Source of the DNA: an uncultured Pelagibacteraceae bacterium
GTDB lineage: Bacteria > Pseudomonadota > Alphaproteobacteria > Pelagibacterales > Pelagibacteraceae
Direction: 5' to 3'
DNA length: 64,000 nucleotides
Assembly (NCBI GenBank): GCA_902554035.1
Contig: CACDMX010000001.1
Location: forward strand, 58,243-122,242
Both the position numbers and the translations under genes were made by a program. Shown piece by piece: positions 38,820-48,482 of the stretch (position 1 is the stretch's first letter; each line of letters opens with the position of its first letter). Below the pieces are notes generated by a model. That model did not search any database. It saw only the letters and a list, made by a program, of their open reading frames with translations, and was not told where the DNA came from.

Positions 38820-40376
38820 TTATTTTTTTAAAGAGTTTTCTAGATCTTCAAGATAAATTGAATAATTTTTCCAAGAAGCTACCGATGTTTTATAAATTGG
38901 TTTTCTTACTTGGGCCAAACTAGCCGTAGATACAGAATTTTTACTTTTATAAAATTCAACACACTTTGAGCTCCATTTTAAATTACAGAAACTTAGTAGT
39001 TTTTTTACACCATCATCAAAATTTTCAGTAAATTTTTCATATTTAATATTTAGTAGACTTTTTTCCCCCAATGATTTTTGCCAAAAAATCATATATTCAC
39101 TATACAAATTATAAAATTCAGCAAGATTTTTTAAATTATATGCAAATCCCAAATTGGAGGATGAGTAGTATTGTTTATAATTAGACCAACAGATATCCAT
39201 GGGATCTCTATTACAATTAATAATATAAGCATTAGGAAAAATTTTTCTTATAAATCCAGCCCATTTAAAATTAAGTGGAGCCTTATCAACTATATATTTT
39301 TCTGAATAGTTTAGTTGATTTATTTTTTCATTATAAAAATTTTTAATTTTTTTAAATTTTTCTAAAGAAATTAAATTAAAATCAAATCCACTTGGTTTTA
39401 AAAAAAATTCTTTGTAGATAGCATCTGTTAAAAAAGTTAATTCTCCAGCTCCTGCAACTTCCTCATGAGCTGATAATACTTGTTCTATTAAAGATGTGCC
39501 CGATCTTGGCATTCCAATAATAAAAATTATTTTTTTATCAGAATCTTTATTTAAAGTTAAATGATCACATTTTTTTACAAAATTTTGTTTTAAATTGTTA
39601 AATATATTTTGATCTGGTTGTAGACTAAATCTCAACAATTTATTTTTAATATCGTTACCTTCTTTAAAGTTTGAAAAAGAGCTTTTAAAGTCTTTTGTAT
39701 CATCAAAAGCTTTTCCTAAAGCAAAATGTAAATGCATTTTTTTTATTTCAGTAAGATTTTTATCATTTAATTTACTTTTAATTATTTCAAAATCTTCATC
39801 GTTTTCTCCGAATTTTTTTGTCATGCTCATTAACCTATATATTTCTGTAAATTCCGGATTAATACTCAATGATTTTTTGTAGTGTTTGTGACTATTTTTA
39901 AAATCACCTAGGAATTGGTATATTGTACCAATTGTATAATGTAAAAAATAATCTTCAGGATAATATTTTAGGGCTATTTTTAATATTTCAACTGCATCAT
40001 TGTTTAAATTAAGTTTTTCTTTTAAATTTGCTAGATTTATTAAAGCATTTAAAAAATTTGGTTTAATTTTTAAAGCTCTGTCGAAATATTCGTGTGCCTT
40101 TTGATAATTTGCTAAATAACCATGAACTAATCCGAGATTATTCAATACATGTATATTGTTTTCATTAAGTTTAATTGCTTTATCTAAAATGTTAAGCGAT
40201 TTTTCAAACTGGCCTGTATTCATTAGCGCCATTCCTAAAGCGTTGTAAAAAATATATTCATTTGGAAATTTTTTTACTAACAGTTTTGTTTTTAAAATTA
40301 CTTCATCAAATTTCTTTGCGTTGATTAAATTAATTATTTTTTCTATTTCTTTTTTTTTTAATTCAATTTGTTTCAT
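38820..40376 (-). CDS. TPR-repeat sulfotransferase-family protein
   Basis: N-terminal TPRs (YNALG, LNNLG, INLAN, YTIG) plus sulfotransferase motifs GMPRSGTSL (5'-PSB), DKAPLN, RDPMD..WS (3'-PB) and TAS..QVR.PIY. Confidence 0.88.
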   Translation of the reverse strand: MKQIELKKKEIEKIINLINAKKFDEVILKTKLLVKKFPNEYIFYNALGMALMNTGQFEKSLNILDKAIKLNENNIHVLNNLGLVHGYLANYQKAHEYFDRALKIKPNFLNALINLANLKEKLNLNNDAVEILKIALKYYPEDYFLHYTIGTIYQFLGDFKNSHKHYKKSLSINPEFTEIYRLMSMTKKFGENDEDFEIIKSKLNDKNLTEIKKMHLHFALGKAFDDTKDFKSSFSNFKEGNDIKNKLLRFSLQPDQNIFNNLKQNFVKKCDHLTLNKDSDKKIIFIIGMPRSGTSLIEQVLSAHEEVAGAGELTFLTDAIYKEFFLKPSGFDFNLISLEKFKKIKNFYNEKINQLNYSEKYIVDKAPLNFKWAGFIRKIFPNAYIINCNRDPMDICWSNYKQYYSSSNLGFAYNLKNLAEFYNLYSEYMIFWQKSLGEKSLLNIKYEKFTENFDDGVKKLLSFCNLKWSSKCVEFYKSKNSVSTASLAQVRKPIYKTSVASWKNYSIYLEDLENSLKK

Positions 40377-41097
40377 TTTTTATAGATTTTAAATCTAATT
40401 TTGACTTTTTTTTTATTTCATTAATTGTTTTAATTGTATTCATTATTATTACTTTTTTTTTTGGTCCATATGCATGAATTAAATTATTTTTTGAAAGAGA
40501 TACTGCAACATGTCCTTTCCAAAATATAAGATTATTTTTTTTAATTTTTTTTAATTTTACATTCCTTTTAAAATATTTTACTTGATCTTTTGTATCTCTT
40601 GGACAAAATTTATTATTAAATTTATAGAATATTTGAACAAGAGCAGAGCAATCTATACCTTTAAAGCTGTTACCACCCCATTTATACTTAATATTTTGAA
40701 ACATTTTAATATTTGAAAATAATAAATTTGTTTTTTTTGTTGGTAAAACATTTTTTTTTTTTATCCAATACTTATCAAAATTATAGAAATCATTTTTTTT
40801 ACCTTTAACCTCAATATAAGAGCAAAAACTTAATTTTTTGTTAATTTTAAATTTTTTGTTTGGTTTAGAGTATAAATTAGCAGATAGAATTGAAACTTTA
40901 TGAGTTGAATTTTGATTTTTTTTGAATTTCTTATTTTTTATATAACCAGTGTAATTATCGTAAGAGGTTTTAATTTTTAAAAATTTTCCATATTTTTTAA
41001 GAATTCTAAATTTATCTCCGTACAGAAGTTGCGTTGATAGAGGTGATTTTAAAGATTTTTCTTTATAAACATTTAGAATAATATTTGTATTTATCAT
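40363..41097 (-). CDS. NlpC/P60 (C40) peptidase with SH3-like N-terminus, no signal peptide
   Basis: TQLLYG, YKWGG..GIDCSAL (catalytic Cys), PRD..DQ, WKGHVA, IHA. Confidence 0.9.
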   Translation of the reverse strand: MINTNIILNVYKEKSLKSPLSTQLLYGDKFRILKKYGKFLKIKTSYDNYTGYIKNKKFKKNQNSTHKVSILSANLYSKPNKKFKINKKLSFCSYIEVKGKKNDFYNFDKYWIKKKNVLPTKKTNLLFSNIKMFQNIKYKWGGNSFKGIDCSALVQIFYKFNNKFCPRDTKDQVKYFKRNVKLKKIKKNNLIFWKGHVAVSLSKNNLIHAYGPKKKVIIMNTIKTINEIKKKSKLDLKSIKNETN

Positions 41098-41100
41098 TTT

Positions 41101-42573
41101 TTAATTTCTTACAGGTGCAACTTTTCCTAACCAAATAATTAATATTAAAACTGGTAAGCCAAGTAAAGCAGTTACACAAAAGAAATTTGCATAGCCAATA
41201 ATGTCAACCCAGCTACCTGAATATCCAGCTATAAATTTAGGAATAAATAGCATTAAAGAACTAAAAAGTGCATACTGAGTTGCTGTAAATTTTACTGAGG
41301 TCAAACCTGATAAATAAACAACAAATGCTGCACCAGCAAATCCACTTGAAATATTATCTGCAGTAATTACCGTAATTAAAAAAGTTATTTTGGCCTCAGA
41401 TACTGCTAGCCAAGCAAAAAGCAAGTTGCTTGAAGCAGCGATTAACGCACCTACAAATAATGCTTTCATAGTTCCAAATCTTAATGAAAAGAAACCCCCT
41501 AAAAAACCTCCAAGTATAGTTGCAAATACTCCAAAAAACTTTGAGTATGTAGCAATTTCTTTTACATCAAAACCTTTTTCAAGATAAAATATATTTGCCA
41601 CAACTCCCATAACTACATCAGCGATACGATAAAGACCAATCAAAATGAGTATTGAAACTGCAAATTTTCCGTATCTTTTAATAAAGTTGATAACAGGATC
41701 TAAATATATCTTTTTAACTTTTTGTTTTGAAAAAAATTTTATATTTATAAAAAATATTATTATAATTGATATCAATAAAAAGCATATACAAATTCTTAAT
41801 ATTGCAAATAAGAATTTTTTAAAAATTTCTTCTGAGCTAAATGGGTTTTCAATTTGTGAATAAAAAAATATAAAACTAATTATTGCAAATATAATTACCA
41901 ATAAAAATCTACTGTGTTGATTTTTTTTGTCAGAACTTTGTCTTTTAATTTTTGGTTCATCCAAAAATAATGTTGTAAAAATTCCAATAAACATTAAAAA
42001 CCCCATTGAAGAATAAACAATCATCCAAACTGTCTGTTTATAAACCTCTACCCCTAAAAACGAAGCTAACCACAAACTTCCAGCCCCACCCACTAACATT
42101 GCGAGCCTGTAACCAGCAATATACATTGAGGATAGCGGACCCTGATAAATTTGTGGAGCACTCTCAATCCTATAAGCATCAATTACAATATCCTGAGTCG
42201 CACTAAAAATTGCTAAAAAAGTTATGGTGATTGCGGTTAAATAAATATTACTTGCTGGATCTGTTAAAGCAGTTGCAATTAAACTGAATATAATCATTAT
42301 TTGAGAAAAAAGCAGCCAACTTCTACGGTGTCCAAGTTTTTTCAAAAAAGAAATTTTGTAATTATCAACAAGTGGGGACCATAAATATTTAAATGCATAA
42401 GCAAAGCCGGCCCAACTAAATAATGTTACTGTACTTCTATTTATCCCAGCTTTATGTAACCATACTGATAAAGTTGAAAAAACTAACAAAATTGGAAGTC
42501 CAGATGAAAACCCGAGAAATAAAAGTTTTAGAACTTTTTTTTCAAAAAATACTGATATTTTTTTTTTATTCAA
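41101..42573 (-). CDS. ampG: muropeptide MFS permease
   Basis: LGFSSGLP, K.LWSPLVD, RRSW, SATQDIVIDAYRIE, ATQYALFSS. Confidence 0.92.
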   Translation of the reverse strand: MNKKKISVFFEKKVLKLLFLGFSSGLPILLVFSTLSVWLHKAGINRSTVTLFSWAGFAYAFKYLWSPLVDNYKISFLKKLGHRRSWLLFSQIMIIFSLIATALTDPASNIYLTAITITFLAIFSATQDIVIDAYRIESAPQIYQGPLSSMYIAGYRLAMLVGGAGSLWLASFLGVEVYKQTVWMIVYSSMGFLMFIGIFTTLFLDEPKIKRQSSDKKNQHSRFLLVIIFAIISFIFFYSQIENPFSSEEIFKKFLFAILRICICFLLISIIIIFFINIKFFSKQKVKKIYLDPVINFIKRYGKFAVSILILIGLYRIADVVMGVVANIFYLEKGFDVKEIATYSKFFGVFATILGGFLGGFFSLRFGTMKALFVGALIAASSNLLFAWLAVSEAKITFLITVITADNISSGFAGAAFVVYLSGLTSVKFTATQYALFSSLMLFIPKFIAGYSGSWVDIIGYANFFCVTALLGLPVLILIIWLGKVAPVRN

Positions 42574-42574
42574 T

Positions 42575-44020
42575 TTAATTTCTCCAAAAAGACGGTAGGA
42601 ATAATACTAATATTGCAAACAATTCTAACCTTCCCAAAATCATTGCTAAACTTAATATCCACTTAGAAATATCTGGTAATAATGAAAAATTTCCGTTTGG
42701 TCCGATAATATTTCCCAGTCCCGGACCTACATTTGAAATAGATGTAGCAGCCCCTGAGATAGAGGTTACAAAGTCTAGGCCACTTAAAGATAAAAAAGCT
42801 GTTATTATAAAAAATATTGTTATGTATAAATAAATGAATGAAATAATTGAGGACATAAACTTGTCATCAACATTATTATTATCGTACTTTATTAAAAATA
42901 TACCTCTAGGATAAATAATTTTTTTTAATTGATTTAATAAAAAATTATATAGTAATTGAATCCTAAAAATTTTTATTCCGCAAGCTGTAGAACCAGCACA
43001 ACCTCCAATAAACATTAAAATAAGAAAAAAAATTAATGGAAAGCTTCCCCAGTCATCAAACTCATGTGTCACATATCCTGTACCAGTTAAAATTGAAACT
43101 ACATTAAATGTGACTTGTCTCAAAATTTTTAATGAAAAATTTTCATTTTTAAAAAATAAATAAAAAGAGAGAATAAATATTGAAATTAAAATTATTTTGA
43201 GGAAAGATTTTATTTGAGAGTCAGAAAAAAAAATTTTTTTATTTCCACTTAAAAATTTTATGTAAGCAATAAAAGGTATACTACCCAAAATAATAAATAT
43301 CATCGCTGTAAATTCAATATAGATACTATTAAAAAATCCTATTGATTCATTATAATTAGAAAATCCCCCTGTTGCTATCGTCGTCATTGAATGTGTCAGG
43401 CAATCAAAATAGTTCATACCAAAAATTTTATAAAATGCAGCACACAACAATGTTAAAAATGAATAGATTATAATAAGTCTTTGAGATATTTGTTTTGATT
43501 TAGGTAATATCTTTTCAGATGTATCGTTACTTGAAATTTTAAATAACTGCATACCTCCAACATTCATTATTGGCATCAAGGTTATAGCCATTACAATTAT
43601 TCCTATACCACCTAACCATTGCAAAATTGCTCGCCATACAAGTATACTTTTAGGACTATTATTAAGATTTGTAATTATAGTCGAACCAGTTGTAGTAATA
43701 CCAGACATACTCTCAAAAAATGCATCAGTAAAACTTAGATTTAATTCAGAAAAAATAAAAGGTAATGCTCCAAAAATTGCAATACTTAACCAGGACAAGG
43801 CAGTTAATAAGAATGCTTGTTGTAAATTCAATTTTTTTTGATGATCTAAGTTAGATAAAGAAAATAAAATACCAAATATAATTGTTATGATACTAGCTCC
43901 TATAAATGACGAATCTAATTCATTAAATGTTATCTGAAATATAATTGGAAATATCATAGATATTCCAAGAATAATTTGTAGGATTCCTAATGTGAAAAAA
44001 ACAGTTTTATAATTAGGCAT
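42575..44020 (-). CDS. trkH: Trk potassium uptake membrane protein
   Basis: FESMSGITTTG, WLGGIG, TGGFS, GGCAGST.CGIK, NVGPG, GRLE. Confidence 0.95.
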   Translation of the reverse strand: MPNYKTVFFTLGILQIILGISMIFPIIFQITFNELDSSFIGASIITIIFGILFSLSNLDHQKKLNLQQAFLLTALSWLSIAIFGALPFIFSELNLSFTDAFFESMSGITTTGSTIITNLNNSPKSILVWRAILQWLGGIGIIVMAITLMPIMNVGGMQLFKISSNDTSEKILPKSKQISQRLIIIYSFLTLLCAAFYKIFGMNYFDCLTHSMTTIATGGFSNYNESIGFFNSIYIEFTAMIFIILGSIPFIAYIKFLSGNKKIFFSDSQIKSFLKIILISIFILSFYLFFKNENFSLKILRQVTFNVVSILTGTGYVTHEFDDWGSFPLIFFLILMFIGGCAGSTACGIKIFRIQLLYNFLLNQLKKIIYPRGIFLIKYDNNNVDDKFMSSIISFIYLYITIFFIITAFLSLSGLDFVTSISGAATSISNVGPGLGNIIGPNGNFSLLPDISKWILSLAMILGRLELFAILVLFLPSFWRN

Positions 44021-44108
44021 TTTTAAAGAACATTATTTTATGGTAAATAAATTTCAACTCTATAAGAATTAAAAAAAACGCTAAAAATAAGATATATTGT
44101 AAATAATT

Positions 44109-45671
44109 GTGATTGAAAAAATTAATTTAGACAAGACAAGTGCCTGGCCCTTTGTAGAAGCTAAAAAACTTCTTCGCGAAAGAAAAGATAGCATTGAAAA
44201 AAAAAACAAAATCATACTTCAAACTGGTTATGGTCCTAGTGGATTGCCTCACATTGGAACATTTGGAGAGGTTGCGAGGACTTCAATGGTGGTTAACGCC
44301 CTTGACCATCTTACGGATATCCCAAAAGAAATAATTACTTTTTCCGATGATATGGATGGGCTTAGAAAAGTTCCTGATAATGTCCCAGATCATAACTTGC
44401 TAAACCAAAATTTACATAAACCTCTGACTTCAATACCAGACCCTTTTAAGAAGTTTAATAGTTTTGGTGAGCATAATAACGAAATGTTAAAAAAGTTTTT
44501 GGATAAATTTAATTTCAAATATAGTTTTAAAAGTTCTACAAAACTTTACAAATCTGGCTTTTTTAACTCAAGTCTTCAAAAAATTTTGGAAAATTATCAA
44601 GAGATAATGGAAATTATTTTGCCAACATTAGGAAAAGAGCGTCAAAAAACATATAGCCCCTTCCTACCTATATGTCCTGAGACGGGAATAGTTTTGGAAA
44701 TTCCTGTAAAAGAAATTTCGAGAGAAAAATCCAAAATTGTATTTGATAATAAGGGTAAAAAATTAGAAACAAGTATTTTAAACGGTAATTGTAAATTACA
44801 ATGGAAAGTGGATTGGGCTATGCGATGGTATGCACTTAATGTTGATTTCGAAATGTATGGTAAAGATTTAATAGAGAGTGCAATATTATCATCAAAAATA
44901 ATAAAATTGCTTGGAAATAAAAATCCTTCAGGGTTTGCATATGAACTTTTTTTAGATGAGAAAGGGGAAAAAATTTCAAAATCAAAAGGCAATGGTATTA
45001 CAATTGAGCAATGGTTAGAATATGCCTCACCAGAGAGTTTGTCTTTATTCATGTATCAAAATCCAAAAAGAGCCAAAAAACTTTATAAAGAAATAGTTCC
45101 AAGAACTGTTGATGAATATCTAGATTTTATGCAAAAAAGTAAATCTCAAAATGAATTACAACTTTTAACGAACCCAGCATGGCATGTTCACAATGGAAAA
45201 GTTCCACAAGAAGATTTAATTATGACCTTTTCAATGCTCTTAAACTTAGTAGAGGCAACTAATGCAAACACTAAAAAACTTTTATGGAAATTTGTTAAAA
45301 AATATAAAAAAAATATTACTGAAGATAAATTTCCAGTTTTTGATCAATTAATTGAATACGCAATAAAATATTATAACGAGGTTATTAAATTACAAAAAAA
45401 ATATAAATTACCTAATGAAAAAGAAAAAATTTCACTTAATGCATTAGCTTTAAAACTTGATCATTGCAATGATGAAATGTCTCCAGAAGAAATTCAAACC
45501 GTAATTTATTCTACTGGTAAAGAAAATGGTTATGCAGATAATTTAAGAGATTGGTTTAAACTTATATATGAAGTGGTTTTTGGAGATGAAAATGGACCGC
45601 GGCTAGGTTTTTTTATAAGTTTTTTTGGGGTAAATGAAACAAAGAAATTGTTAAAAGATAAAATAAAATAA
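44109..45671 (+). CDS. lysS: lysine--tRNA ligase, class I (GTG start)
   Basis: AWPF.EA, TGYGPSGLPHIG, KLQWKVDWAMRW, KISKSKGN, GPRLG. Confidence 0.97.
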   Translation: MIEKINLDKTSAWPFVEAKKLLRERKDSIEKKNKIILQTGYGPSGLPHIGTFGEVARTSMVVNALDHLTDIPKEIITFSDDMDGLRKVPDNVPDHNLLNQNLHKPLTSIPDPFKKFNSFGEHNNEMLKKFLDKFNFKYSFKSSTKLYKSGFFNSSLQKILENYQEIMEIILPTLGKERQKTYSPFLPICPETGIVLEIPVKEISREKSKIVFDNKGKKLETSILNGNCKLQWKVDWAMRWYALNVDFEMYGKDLIESAILSSKIIKLLGNKNPSGFAYELFLDEKGEKISKSKGNGITIEQWLEYASPESLSLFMYQNPKRAKKLYKEIVPRTVDEYLDFMQKSKSQNELQLLTNPAWHVHNGKVPQEDLIMTFSMLLNLVEATNANTKKLLWKFVKKYKKNITEDKFPVFDQLIEYAIKYYNEVIKLQKKYKLPNEKEKISLNALALKLDHCNDEMSPEEIQTVIYSTGKENGYADNLRDWFKLIYEVVFGDENGPRLGFFISFFGVNETKKLLKDKIK

Positions 45672-46720
45672 TGTATTCCAAGATAAAAAATTTTATATTT
45701 AAAATAGACCCTGAAACTGCGCACAATTTAGCAATAAAGTCTCTTAAATTTAATTTTGTCCCAAATATATTTGATATAAATAAAAAAAGTCCATTATTTG
45801 AAACAAATTTATTTGGAAAAAAAATTGATAATCCAATTGGTTTGGCTGCAGGATTTGATAAGAATGCAGAAATTTATAATTCAATGTTTAATTTAGGTTT
45901 TGGTTTTGTAGAAGTTGGAACTGTAACTCCTTTTAAACAATATGGTAATCCAAAACCTAGAGTTTTTAGACTAATTGAAGATCAAGCACTAATAAATAGA
46001 TTAGGATTTAATAATTTAGGTTCAGAAAATATTAGCGCTAGAATTCGATCTAATAAACCTAAAGGTTTGTTAGGTGTTAATATTGGACCAAATAGAGATA
46101 CTCAAGATAGATTTAATGATTATCTAATTGGACTTAAAACATTTCACAATCTAGCAGATTATATAACAATAAATATATCTTCACCTAATACTGAAAAACT
46201 TAGAGATTTGCATAGTAATGATAATTTTGAGAAATTAATGTCTCTAATATCAAATGAAAAAGAAAAACTTAAAACTAAAATTCCGATTGTTGTTAAAATT
46301 TCCCCAGATATAGACGATGTTGAAATTAAAAAAATTTCGCTAATTTTAATTGAACACAATGTAAATGCTATAATAATATCTAATACTTCTGATCGAACAA
46401 GGGAAAACTTATTGGGTGAGTCTAAACATCAAAAAGGCGGCATATCTGGCAAACCATTAGAAAACAAGTCTAATTTACTTATAAAGAAATTTTATAATTT
46501 TTTAAAAAATAAGATCCATATTATAGGAGTTGGAGGTGTTGACTCAGGAAAGAGCGCTTACGAAAAATTTGCAGCAGGATCAAGTTATTTGCAGCTTTAT
46601 ACAGGTATGGTTTTTCAAGGACCAAATATAATTTCTAAAATTAAAGAAGAGCTAGGACAGATACTAGAGAAAAAAAAAGTCAAGAACTTTAAAGAAATTA
46701 TTGGTAGTAATTTAAATTAA
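45671..46720 (+). CDS. pyrD: quinone-dependent dihydroorotate dehydrogenase
   Basis: DPETAH, GLAAGFDKN, GNPKPRVFR, NRLGFNN, NISSPNT, KISPD. Confidence 0.97.
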   Translation: MYSKIKNFIFKIDPETAHNLAIKSLKFNFVPNIFDINKKSPLFETNLFGKKIDNPIGLAAGFDKNAEIYNSMFNLGFGFVEVGTVTPFKQYGNPKPRVFRLIEDQALINRLGFNNLGSENISARIRSNKPKGLLGVNIGPNRDTQDRFNDYLIGLKTFHNLADYITINISSPNTEKLRDLHSNDNFEKLMSLISNEKEKLKTKIPIVVKISPDIDDVEIKKISLILIEHNVNAIIISNTSDRTRENLLGESKHQKGGISGKPLENKSNLLIKKFYNFLKNKIHIIGVGGVDSGKSAYEKFAAGSSYLQLYTGMVFQGPNIISKIKEELGQILEKKKVKNFKEIIGSNLN

Positions 46721-46730
46721 TTAAATAAAC

Positions 46731-46761
46731 TTGACGTAATTATAATCTCCTTTTATATATT
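46731..46761 (+). promoter_or_regulatory. putative sigma70 promoter of rpmB-yhhQ (very short or no leader)
   Basis: TTGACG (46731-46736) with TATATA/TATATT at 46754-46761; ATG at 46769 and no SD. Confidence 0.5.
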
Positions 46762-46768
46762 CATTTCT

Positions 46769-47050
46769 ATGTCCAAAAAATGTGAATTAACTGGAAAAAA
46801 TCCTCTTAAGGGTCATAAAGTTAGTCATGCTAATAATAAGACCAAAAGAAGATTTTTACCAAATTTAAAAAAGGTAAGTTTTAAAAGTGAAATTTTAAAA
46901 AGAAACTTAAAACTGACTGTCTCCAACGCCGGTGTAAGATCTGTGGATAAAAAGGGTACTTTTGATCTTTTTTTAAAAAGCGCAAAAAACAAAAATCTTT
47001 CTCCAAGACTAAGAAAAATTAAAAAGAGTTTACTCGCAAAATCAGCTTAA
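46769..47050 (+). CDS. rpmB: 50S ribosomal protein L28
   Basis: [10 protein letters not shown]....[18 protein letters not shown]. Confidence 0.99.
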   Translation: MSKKCELTGKNPLKGHKVSHANNKTKRRFLPNLKKVSFKSEILKRNLKLTVSNAGVRSVDKKGTFDLFLKSAKNKNLSPRLRKIKKSLLAKSA

Positions 47051-47598
47051 TGAGTAAAATTTTTATTACGCTCTCGTTTTTAATGGGAGTTGTCGTCTTG
47101 GCATCAAACTATTTAGTTCAGTTTCCAATTAAATACTATAATTTACAAGATATTTTAACTTATGGAGCTTTTAGCTACCCAATAGCTTTTTTAATTACTG
47201 ATTTAACAAACAGAACTTATGGAAAAATAGTAGCTAGAAAAATTGTTTATTTAGGCTTTTTTATTGGAGTTTCTTTTACTCTTTTTTTTTCAACAAACTT
47301 CACCGATTTAATTTCAATCAGAATTGCTATTGGATCTGGAGTCGCATTTATCGTTGCACAATTATTAGATGTACAAATATTTGATAAATTGAGAAAAAAA
47401 AAATGGTATATAGCTCCTTTAACATCTTCTTTAATTGGATCAACAATTGATACTTTTTTATTCTTTTCTATTGCATTTTATGCAACCGGAATACCCTGGA
47501 TTACTCTGTCTTTAGGAGACCTTGCGGTTAAAATTTTTGTTGCATTGTGTATGTTGATTCCTTTTAGATTACTCCTGGGAACTTTAAAACCAATTTAA
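47050..47598 (+). CDS. yhhQ: queuosine precursor transporter (VUT/YhhQ family)
   Basis: SNYLV, G.FSYP.AFL.TD...R.YG...AR, RIAIGS..AF.VAQLLD, S.IG..IDT.LF..IAF. Confidence 0.85.
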   Translation: MSKIFITLSFLMGVVVLASNYLVQFPIKYYNLQDILTYGAFSYPIAFLITDLTNRTYGKIVARKIVYLGFFIGVSFTLFFSTNFTDLISIRIAIGSGVAFIVAQLLDVQIFDKLRKKKWYIAPLTSSLIGSTIDTFLFFSIAFYATGIPWITLSLGDLAVKIFVALCMLIPFRLLLGTLKPI

Positions 47599-47601
47599 TT
47601 T

Positions 47602-48480
47602 TTATTTAAGCAGAAATTTATATGATAAAATTTTATAAGCTAATTTGGCTACTAAAAAATTATATGAATTAAATCCTTTTATCGGAGCTAATTCATTTAT
47701 ATCTGCTCCAACAATATTTGAATTTTTTGAAGCTATTTTAATAATATTGATTGCTTCATCCCAGTTTATACCCCCTGGCTCAGGGGTACCAGTTGCAGGC
47801 ATAATACTTGAATCAAATCCATCAACATCAAACGTTATGTAAACATTCTTATTTTTGATCATTTTTTCAAATTTATTCAAATTCCATTTAACCTTATCTT
47901 TTGCCCAAAATATTTTAATTCTTGAAGAATTTTTTTTTAAATAAGGTATTTCGCTTTGAGATATATTTCTTATACCAAAAGATATCACTGAAATATTTTT
48001 ATTATCTAAGCATCTTTTTATAGCTGAGGCATGAGAAAATTTTTCACCATTATAACTTTCTCTTAAATCAGCATGAGCGTCAAAATGTAATAAAAGTAAA
48101 TTTTTATATTTATTTACAAAAGGTTTAATGCAACCAGGCGTAATAGAATGTTCTCCACCAAGAGTTAATGGAAAGGCATTTTTATTTAGTACTTCTTGAT
48201 TTATAGCTGATATTTTTTTTAATGCTTTATTTATATTTTTATCAATTTTAAAAGGTTTTAATGTTTTTATACCTATTTTTTTATACGGTTCACATTTTAA
48301 TTCTTCATCGTAAAGTTCAACTTGATGAGAAGCTTTTATGATTTCTCTTGGGCCATATCTTGTTCCACTGCCGTAACTAACTGTTTTTTCTAATCCAAAG
48401 GGAATGACAATTGCTTTTTCTTTAAAATTAAATTTATTATCGATTCCTAAAAAGCCGTTTTTGTTTGATAGATATTTCAA
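47602..48480 (-). CDS. speB: agmatinase / ureohydrolase (TTG start)
   Basis: GGEHSIT, DAHADL, SHA, DVDGFD...PATGTPEPGG, DINEL; Mn ligands intact. Confidence 0.92.
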   Translation of the reverse strand: MKYLSNKNGFLGIDNKFNFKEKAIVIPFGLEKTVSYGSGTRYGPREIIKASHQVELYDEELKCEPYKKIGIKTLKPFKIDKNINKALKKISAINQEVLNKNAFPLTLGGEHSITPGCIKPFVNKYKNLLLLHFDAHADLRESYNGEKFSHASAIKRCLDNKNISVISFGIRNISQSEIPYLKKNSSRIKIFWAKDKVKWNLNKFEKMIKNKNVYITFDVDGFDSSIMPATGTPEPGGINWDEAINIIKIASKNSNIVGADINELAPIKGFNSYNFLVAKLAYKILSYKFLLK

Positions 48481-48482
48481 GT

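Noticed and set aside
36848-41097. Extremely AT-rich, Lys-rich stretch (hisC, tyrC, sulfotransferase, NlpC/P60) as a possible horizontally acquired island
   Set aside because: The same skew occurs in core genes nadD, proA, priA and amgK; no integrase, tRNA or flanking repeats. Better explained by mutational bias in low-expression genes.
44109-45671. Archaeal-type class I LysRS in a bacterium
   Set aside because: Normal for many Alphaproteobacteria.
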